In this document: positions 19,156 through 25,299 of the stretch, piece after piece
Position numbering within the stretch: the first letter of the stretch is position 1
Layout of the letters: every line of letters begins with the position of its first letter
NCBI GenBank assembly: GCA_045863235.1
Contig: BTUM01000103.1
Coordinates: forward strand, 1-25,299
Length of the DNA stretch: 25,299 bases
Reading direction: 5' to 3'
Source: Candidatus Xenobia bacterium
Lineage (GTDB): Bacteria > Vulcanimicrobiota > Xenobia > Xenobiales > QWHO01
Translations under genes and position numbers: made by a program
Notes under the pieces: model-generated
What the model was told of the DNA's origin: nothing
What the model saw: the letters and a program-made list of their open reading frames with translations, nothing else
Database searches by the model: none

Positions 19156-19288
19156 CGCCGACCTCCTCGAGTTTCTCTGAGGACATCTTAGGGCGGCGAT
19201 CTTTGCAAAAGCCTTGCGTGGAGCTGGCACATTGGCGTGGACCCGGTTTCCTGGAGGTCGGTCGAGGGCGCGGTTCGAAAGCACCCTT

Positions 19289-20572
19289 GTGACCACTCTC
19301 CGCCGCTCGCTGGCCGGCCTGACCTCGCGCTTGCAGGCGGCCGGCTACGAAGCGCCGGCCCTGCGCCCCATCCTGAACCGGGGCATCCTGGACATCACGC
19401 CCGAGCTTCTCCCGGCCCTGGTGCGTCGCTGCCAGAGGGAGGGCTCGCCGGCTGCCCGCTTGATCGCCTTCTGGCTCTTGCTCGAGCCCGCCCGGCGCTC
19501 GGAGATGGTCGACCTGATGGGGTCCGAGGCCCTCGAGACGCTGGGAGAGCAGGGCCTGCTGCACGAGGAGAATGGCATGCTGCGCCCCCGGGCCAGCCTC
19601 TATCCGCTGCTGGGCGGCTACTACCTGGCCGACCCCGTCCTGAGTCCAGGCAACACCCCGTGGTTGTCAGCGCCCGAGTATGCCCTGGCCCTGGCAGCTC
19701 CCCGAACGCCCGGGGAGGAGGCGGTCGACCTGAACCCCGGTTGCGGCGTGCAGACCGTGCTGAACGCCGGTCACCACCGCAAGTCGTGGGGACGGCGGAT
19801 CACCCCCCTCAGCCAGCTCAACGCGCTGCTCAACGATCGGGAAGGATCCTGCCGGTTCGTAGCCATGGAGGAAGAGATCCCGGGCACCTTCCACCTGATC
19901 ACCGCCCGGTTGCCCTTCCTGTCCGAGGACTCGCCCCTGGTAAGCGAGCTGGCTCAGCGCCTCGAGGTAGGCGGCACGCTGGCTCTGGCGGTCCGCCAAC
20001 TGATCCCCGACCAGCCTCTGCTCGACCGGGCCGAGCGCTGGCTAGGGGGGCAGAGCGGCTGGGGGTTGGGCCAGCTGGAGCATTCCTGGCGAGCCCTGAG
20101 CCTCAAGACCCCTCTCAGCGACCTGGGTTTCGATCTGGCCGGCCTGCAGGCCGGTTTTCAGGGAGCGGCCGAGAGCCTGCTCTTCATCCGCCGGCTGGAG
20201 AGCTCTCGCCCGGGCTGGCGCACATCCCTGACGATCACCCCTCCCCAGAAGCCGATCTCCGACCTGGTGGCCGCCTGGCTCGACGCCCAGGAGCGCTTCA
20301 GTCAGGCGCCTCCGTTGGCGAGCTGGCGACCCCGCTGGAGCTACACCGAGCGTCTCTTCCTGGACTCGCGCAGCGGCCTGGGCTATGCCGACTTCACCCG
20401 GGGCTTCCAGAGCGCCGTGCTCGACCCGGCCAGCGCCTTCCTGCTCAACCGAAGCGACGGCAACAGGTCAGCCGAGGAGCTGGTCGAGGCCTGCGTCGAG
20501 GAATACGGGCTGGCGCGGTCGCAGGCGGCCGCGAGCCTGGCCGAGTTGGGCCGAAAGGTGCTGGTCGAATGA
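19289..20572 (+). CDS. Degenerate class I SAM-methyltransferase paralog (probable pseudo-enzyme) with C-terminal PqqD/RRE-like domain, ~427 aa
   Basis: Aligns end to end with the downstream gene (AAGY, FW.L, RLEVGGTLAL, LLDR.E.WLGG..GWGL, WLDAQERFS) but has DLNPGCG, RRITP and ARLPF at the SAM/catalytic motifs; GTG 19289 chosen by alignment (TTG 19214 possible). Confidence 0.75.
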   Translation: MTTLRRSLAGLTSRLQAAGYEAPALRPILNRGILDITPELLPALVRRCQREGSPAARLIAFWLLLEPARRSEMVDLMGSEALETLGEQGLLHEENGMLRPRASLYPLLGGYYLADPVLSPGNTPWLSAPEYALALAAPRTPGEEAVDLNPGCGVQTVLNAGHHRKSWGRRITPLSQLNALLNDREGSCRFVAMEEEIPGTFHLITARLPFLSEDSPLVSELAQRLEVGGTLALAVRQLIPDQPLLDRAERWLGGQSGWGLGQLEHSWRALSLKTPLSDLGFDLAGLQAGFQGAAESLLFIRRLESSRPGWRTSLTITPPQKPISDLVAAWLDAQERFSQAPPLASWRPRWSYTERLFLDSRSGLGYADFTRGFQSAVLDPASAFLLNRSDGNRSAEELVEACVEEYGLARSQAAASLAELGRKVLVE

Positions 20573-22026
20573 AGCTCAGCCAGCGCCAGCAGGCCCACCT
20601 GCGCAGCCTGCCCGCTCGCCTGAGCGCGGCCGGGTACCACGAGCGTGAGCTGGCCGATCTGTTCGAGCTGTGCGATCTCTACGTTCTGCGCGATGGGATC
20701 AGCGCCCGCACTCTGGCTCGGGCCCAGCAAGATACCCCCCTGGCCCACCTGGGCAGCTTCTGGTTCCTGGGCCAGACCCGTCCCCGGGCTCTGCTGGAAG
20801 GCCTGATGGGGGCCCAGGCTCTGGCGGTGCTGGAGCGGTTGGACCTGGTGCAGGATAGCCCGGACGGCCTCAAGGCTCGCGCCCTCCTCTTCCCCTGCCT
20901 GGGGCGCTACCTCTTCACCGATCTCTTCGCTCCCGTGGGCGATCCCCAGTTTCAGGTCTACTGGCTGGGCTCGGACAGCCTGGGTCTGGCCCGCTGCGCC
21001 CCCCGAAAACCGGTGGGTCGCTCGCTGGACCTTTGCACCGGATCGGGGGTCCACGCCGTATTGGCGGCGTCTCACGCCTCCGAGGCCTGGGGGGTGGACA
21101 TCAATCCTCGGGCGCTGCACATCAGTCGCATCAACGCCCTGATGAACGGCCAGGGGGCGGTCTGCAACTTCGCTCAGGGCAGCCTCTACGAGCCCCTTCC
21201 CGAGGGGCGTTTCGGCCTTATCACCGCCAACCCGCCCTTCGTTCCTACCCCGCGCAGCGATCTGGCCTTCTTCCGGCCTGGCGGGGAGACCGGGGAGGCG
21301 ATTACCGAGGCCATCGTGCGAGGGCTGCCCGAGCGATTGGAGGTCGGCGGGACCCTGGCCCTGGTGAGCCAGCACCCGGTCATCCGGGGCAGCCACCTGC
21401 TCGATCGGGTCGAGAGCTGGCTGGGAGGGGCAGACGGCTGGGGCCTGGCCTACCTGATGATGGCCCCACTGGACCGGGACGAGATGATCGCCGGCCATAT
21501 CGACACCCCGGGCCAGTTCGCCACCCGACTGGGTGTGGAGGAGGGCGCAGCGGCCTATCGCCGGGAATTCGAGACCTGGCTGGACAGCTACGAGGCGAAC
21601 GGCATCGAAGGGGTCGAGCTCGGCCTCTTTTACGTGCGCCGCCTCGAGCCCGGGCTCCCGGGCTGGCGCACCGAGTGCCACCTGAACCTGCCCTCCGGCT
21701 CGCTCTCGTCCTGGGTGGAGGACTGGTTGGACGCTCAGGAGCGCTTCTCCCGGCTCCCTGACCCCGGCTGGAAACCGACCTGGACACCCGGCTGCCAGCG
21801 GGTGATGCTGGATGCCCGCAACGGAGAAGGCTTCGTCTTTCGAGATCCAGCCTGTCGGCTGGGAGACTTCTACCTCTCGCCCGAGAACGCGTTTTTGCTC
21901 GACCGGGCCGATGGTCGCCAGAGCGCGCGCCAGCTAGCGCAGAGCTTCGCCCTCCGCTTTGAGCGCAAGGCTGGGGAAGGGTTGACGCGCCTGGCCGACC
22001 TGGGTCGGCAACTGCTTGTGCGCTAA
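20569..22026 (+). CDS. Class I SAM-dependent methyltransferase (HemK/MTS-like, NPPF motif) with C-terminal PqqD/RRE-like domain, 485 aa
   Basis: LDLCTGSGV motif I, VDINPRA motif II, GSLYEP, ITANPPF motif IV; ATGA overlap with the upstream paralog. Confidence 0.9.
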   Translation: MKLSQRQQAHLRSLPARLSAAGYHERELADLFELCDLYVLRDGISARTLARAQQDTPLAHLGSFWFLGQTRPRALLEGLMGAQALAVLERLDLVQDSPDGLKARALLFPCLGRYLFTDLFAPVGDPQFQVYWLGSDSLGLARCAPRKPVGRSLDLCTGSGVHAVLAASHASEAWGVDINPRALHISRINALMNGQGAVCNFAQGSLYEPLPEGRFGLITANPPFVPTPRSDLAFFRPGGETGEAITEAIVRGLPERLEVGGTLALVSQHPVIRGSHLLDRVESWLGGADGWGLAYLMMAPLDRDEMIAGHIDTPGQFATRLGVEEGAAAYRREFETWLDSYEANGIEGVELGLFYVRRLEPGLPGWRTECHLNLPSGSLSSWVEDWLDAQERFSRLPDPGWKPTWTPGCQRVMLDARNGEGFVFRDPACRLGDFYLSPENAFLLDRADGRQSARQLAQSFALRFERKAGEGLTRLADLGRQLLVR

Positions 22027-22620
22027 GTCGATTGACGCTTGCGCAGGAAGGTCGAACCGATGCGCAGCACCGGGCCTTGATCCTGGACTCGGGTACAGAC
22101 CGACCGCTGATTCTCGAGCAGAGCGTTGAAGTGAGGGTCGTCGCGCAACTCCAGCAGAGTCCTCAACCCCTCGCGCAGGATGGCCACTCGTTCACCCGGC
22201 TCCCCGGTGGCGGCCAGGCGGGTCTCGATGCCCTGCAGGATCGATTGGACCGCTGGCGAGGGGAAGCTCTGCAGGTCGCTCAGGGCCAACTCCAACACCT
22301 GGACGCGCACTCTCTCGGCCAGCTTGTCCAGCGAGGCGGGGCAGTTCGGCGAGTTGCCCGAGGAAGCGATGATAGCCGGCTTCAAAGGAGAAGGGCCCGG
22401 CGTGGAGCCGGACCCTTCAAAAAAGAGTAAGACCTCGTGGTGTGAACTCTTCCAAAAACCCGCGCGAGGCTTTCGCCTGAAAACGCTCGACATCTGCTTC
22501 GTAGTCTTTCAGCAAGCTGAGAAGTTGGACAACTCCGCGGCTGTGTACCAATCCGGTGCCGATTTCTTTGAGCCGTGAGACCTCTGAAATCGTAGACTGC
22601 TTGGCTGCGCGCTTGCCGTG
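22023..22620 (-). pseudogene. 3' part of a disrupted hypothetical gene (in-frame TGA at 22419-22417 and +1 frameshift near 22340); may extend to ATG 23782
   Basis: Protein-like frame ISEVSRLKEIG...LEEFTPRGLTLF*RVRLHAGPFSFEAGYHRFLGQLAELP switches at a C4 run to ASLDKLAERVRVQVLELALSDL...IGSTFLRKRQST*; G/C-ending codons follow the switch. Confidence 0.5.
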
Positions 22621-23890
22621 TCAGGACTTATGAGCGGAACTGTGCGGCTTCCGAAGAAGCTGCCGTGGGACACTGCCACAGACTCCCGGGGGAGCATCGC
22701 CGCTCCGAAGAGGGCGAAGACCGACTCCTAGGGGCTCGACAGGGGCATCCCCGCTAAGGGAGGCCCGCGGAGAGTCGAGCCGCCGCATCTGGCCATCAGA
22801 GACCAGAACGCTGACCGTGGTACCACTGCCCGAGGGCGGTGGGGGCCCGAGTTGATTCCCGGGCGACCTCCGAGGAGGTCCGGTCCATCCCGCACGTCGC
22901 GGCCTGGAGCCGCGGGTGGCCTCGAGCCGAAGCTCGAAGGGGTTTCCGAAGAAACCGGATGTGGAGGCGGCTACGCTGCTGCAACCGAAGTTGAGCGCGT
23001 CTGGCTTTCTTGAGTTGAACCGCTCCGAAGAGCGGGCTCTCGGGCTGCGTCACCGTCGACCGTCGCCAACGGGTTCGCGCAGGAGCGCTGCGCGGAGAGC
23101 GACCCACGAGGGGCCTGACGTTCAGCGCTGGCCGGAGCCAGCTGTTTCTCGGGGCACTGCCGAAGCAGGCTGGTTCGAGAAGGTCCGAGAGGGCGGTTGC
23201 CGCGACAAGTCGGGGCAACCGTCAAGCTCGAGTGTTCCAACACCGGACGAGTCCGGTGTTCCGCTCGCCTGAATTCCGCACGAGGCGGGGCAGGCGGCTT
23301 TGCCAATCGCTGCCGGCGCTTGGGAAGCGCGCCGGGCAACCGGCTACGGATGATGCAAATGTCTGATTCGGGTTCTGGTTCCTCCGTTCGCAACGAGGTC
23401 TTACACCCGGATACTAGCATCGGGGTCGGGAACGCACAAGCCAACAAGTGTTCGAGATCCCTGACTTTATGCGGGATTGCCGTGAGGACGGGCGAAACTC
23501 GTTTGAAAAGGATTTCATGCCGAAGCGGGCGGAGGTTCGGAGTCATTCAAGCTGGCTGACGTTCGATGAATAGCCGGAATCACCCATCCTTCAGGTAGGA
23601 TCGTCCTAGCTGAGGAGGGCTTGAGAAGAATTTCACAAGCCCTCCCCCGTCTGAATTGAGACTGCCCACTCATCGAACAGGCCGAAGTCCGAGGAACAGG
23701 GTTCAAGCTGAGCTATGTTCGAAGGAGTGCACGACCGCTCGCTTGTGTACCGCCGACTGCCGAGTGCGTGTTGTATTCTCATCCGTCAGCTCCCTCACAG
23801 GGTCCTGATCTCTGCGAGATGGTCCAGTCCCCGATTGACCGCGAGTTGGTTCCTACCTGAAGGGTAACTCCCTCCCACAGCAAGGCCTCG

Positions 23891-25030
23891 TCACTCCCAC
23901 TGCCCCATCTTCCATCGCACCGGCCAGTAGTCGGTCGCCACCAGCCTATCCCCCAGCTTGGCCCGAGCCTCAGCCCAGTTCAAATCCCCGGCAACCCTCT
24001 CGTTCTGCGGGCGCGACTCGTCCATGATGAACAGCCGGTCCGTCTCCGGGAGAAGAGCATCCACGCCCTCACCCCAGACAGCCGCCGTGAAGAACTCGCC
24101 GGTCTTCGAGTTGGTTACCGACATGCAGTTGGCAACGAAGACGTCCTTGCCCTGGCGCTCAAGCCATTCGTCGAGATACTCCTTTTGCTCGGCGTAGTCC
24201 CGGCATCGATCCTCGAAGGCCAATCGGCGGAGAACTCCCGATAGAACGTGGTCTTGCGCGACTTCAAAACGCTGCCAGTTCTCCCCGACCAGCCGCAACG
24301 GAGCCACGGTGACGGGCCTCTGGAACTCGGACTTGAGAACGAACTCGGCCACTTTGGAGATCCCAGCCTGGTCTTCCACCCCGGTCACGAACAAAGCCCC
24401 CCGATCAGGCGCCCAAGCGACCGGATCCCCCTTGAGCTCGAGCTTGAGGAGCAGCGGCTGCAGCAGAATTCGCGCGGCATCATTGTTATCGCCCCAGTTG
24501 CCCCGGAAAACCCCAGGCTCCCATTCGACCAGGGTCTCGTTTGATCTGGCCCAGAGGTTATCTCGGGCGACCTTCAGAACCTGATCGAGCTCCATACCCC
24601 AGTGCTTCAGGTCCGCGTCACTCACGCCCCAAATGGAATCCGGGTAGTCCAGGCCCAGGACGATTGCCACGTTCTCAGTCAGGAGCTTGTGCGGCACGGG
24701 GTTGCCCTCCACCCGGCCCTGTTCGACATATCCTCTTGAGAAGAGCCGGGGAATCAGCAGCGATTTGGCCTCTTCCCACGCAACCGGCACTCCCGAAACA
24801 GCCCTGGTGACTGTCTGCACCATACCGGCCAGAACTTGCCCGCGTTTATGTCCCCTGGCCTGGCAGAAGTTCGCGTAGAAATTGTGAAGGTTGATGGTCC
24901 CGGAGAGCTCAGCTCCGAGCTTCAGCCTGAACTCCTCGGGCTCGTACAAGGTCTCAACCCCGGCTTGGTCGAGTTCCTTGGTGAGCTGCTTGACGAACTG
25001 TTTCTTGCTGGGCTTGAACAGGCTGGACAT
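23891..25030 (-). CDS. Hypothetical protein, DUF1444/YtpQ-like, 379 aa
   Basis: GGAGG upstream of ATG 25030; LGLDYPDSIWGVSDADLKHWGMELDQVLKVARDNL and DAARILL...VAWAPDRGALFVTG resemble the DUF1444-like pattern (recognised from memory). Confidence 0.7.
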   Translation of the reverse strand: MSSLFKPSKKQFVKQLTKELDQAGVETLYEPEEFRLKLGAELSGTINLHNFYANFCQARGHKRGQVLAGMVQTVTRAVSGVPVAWEEAKSLLIPRLFSRGYVEQGRVEGNPVPHKLLTENVAIVLGLDYPDSIWGVSDADLKHWGMELDQVLKVARDNLWARSNETLVEWEPGVFRGNWGDNNDAARILLQPLLLKLELKGDPVAWAPDRGALFVTGVEDQAGISKVAEFVLKSEFQRPVTVAPLRLVGENWQRFEVAQDHVLSGVLRRLAFEDRCRDYAEQKEYLDEWLERQGKDVFVANCMSVTNSKTGEFFTAAVWGEGVDALLPETDRLFIMDESRPQNERVAGDLNWAEARAKLGDRLVATDYWPVRWKMGQWE

Positions 25031-25180
25031 CTGGTGCGGGACCTCCCCCCGAAATGAAAACTCCAACACGGACCGGCGGGATCCTTTTCTCTAGGAGGAT
25101 GGAGCCCAAGCGACAAAGGGTGGTCGAGACCAGAAGGGAGGTAGGCCAGAACTGAGCGGAGCTGAACAACCCCTGTGCCA

Positions 25181-25299
25181 GAACAGCAGTTTGTCCCCGC
25201 CGGGGACGAACAGGTGTGCGAGAGCGATGGACGAAACCTGGAAACCCCTGGCGTCTGGGATACCCGGGCGGCCATGACCGAACAGCAGTTTGTTCCCGC
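25181..25299. repeat. Direct repeat (19/20 identical, 99-bp period) leading into the hairpin GTTTGTCCCC-GCC-GGGGACGAAC; second copy cut by the window end
   Basis: gaacagcagtttgtccccgc at 25181-25200; gaacagcagtttgttcccgc at 25280-25299; hairpin 25189-25211. Confidence 0.7.

Noticed and set aside
19237..20568. 929-aa fusion ORF 19237..22026
   Set aside because: The upstream half is an off-frame Pro/Arg/Gly-rich overlap of the first methyltransferase; the real start is ATG 20569
22417..22419. In-frame TGA as selenocysteine or recoding
   Set aside because: No redox motif context, nearby frameshifts point to decay or error, and TGA is a normal stop in other genes here
23588..23863. 13-bp inverted repeat CCTTCAGGTAGGA/TCCTACCTGAAGG as an invertible switch or MITE
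   Set aside because: Plausible by chance at this window size, no recombinase nearby, and inversion did not restore an obvious ORF

Overview
GC-rich bacterial chromosomal window. The lineage is probably a non-Firmicute Terrabacteria group such as Eremiobacterota/Vulcanimicrobiota; this is inferred from a Firmicute-type cysS-rlmB-sigH cluster, Gram-positive-type GAAC-N4-GTTC SOS boxes and high GC. Left to right: a 63-bp palindromic tandem repeat; a PilX/PilV/PilW-like minor-pilin triad; several hypothetical genes; a group II PLP-dependent decarboxylase; a duplicated non-coding unit carrying four LexA-type boxes; tRNA-Tyr(GTA) and tRNA-Thr(TGT); sigH; rlmB with a ~230-aa repeat-containing R/G-rich N-terminal extension; cysS; an AprX-like S8 protease; a YciO/Sua5-family gene; a nitroreductase; uvrA with an upstream LexA box; three hypothetical genes; two translationally coupled paralogous NPPF-type methyltransferases, each with a C-terminal PqqD/RRE-like domain, the first looking catalytically dead; a decayed gene; a DUF1444-like gene; and a truncated hairpin repeat at the right edge. 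The best leads are (1) the active/pseudo-enzyme methyltransferase pair, (2) the orphan tandem LexA-box array with no gene to regulate, and (3) a recurring sigma-H-like AGG(N)-N17/18-GAA(N) motif 8-11 nt upstream of several start codons lacking a clear SD, suggesting a leaderless SigH regulon. All calls come from reading the sequence by eye; no searches were run.
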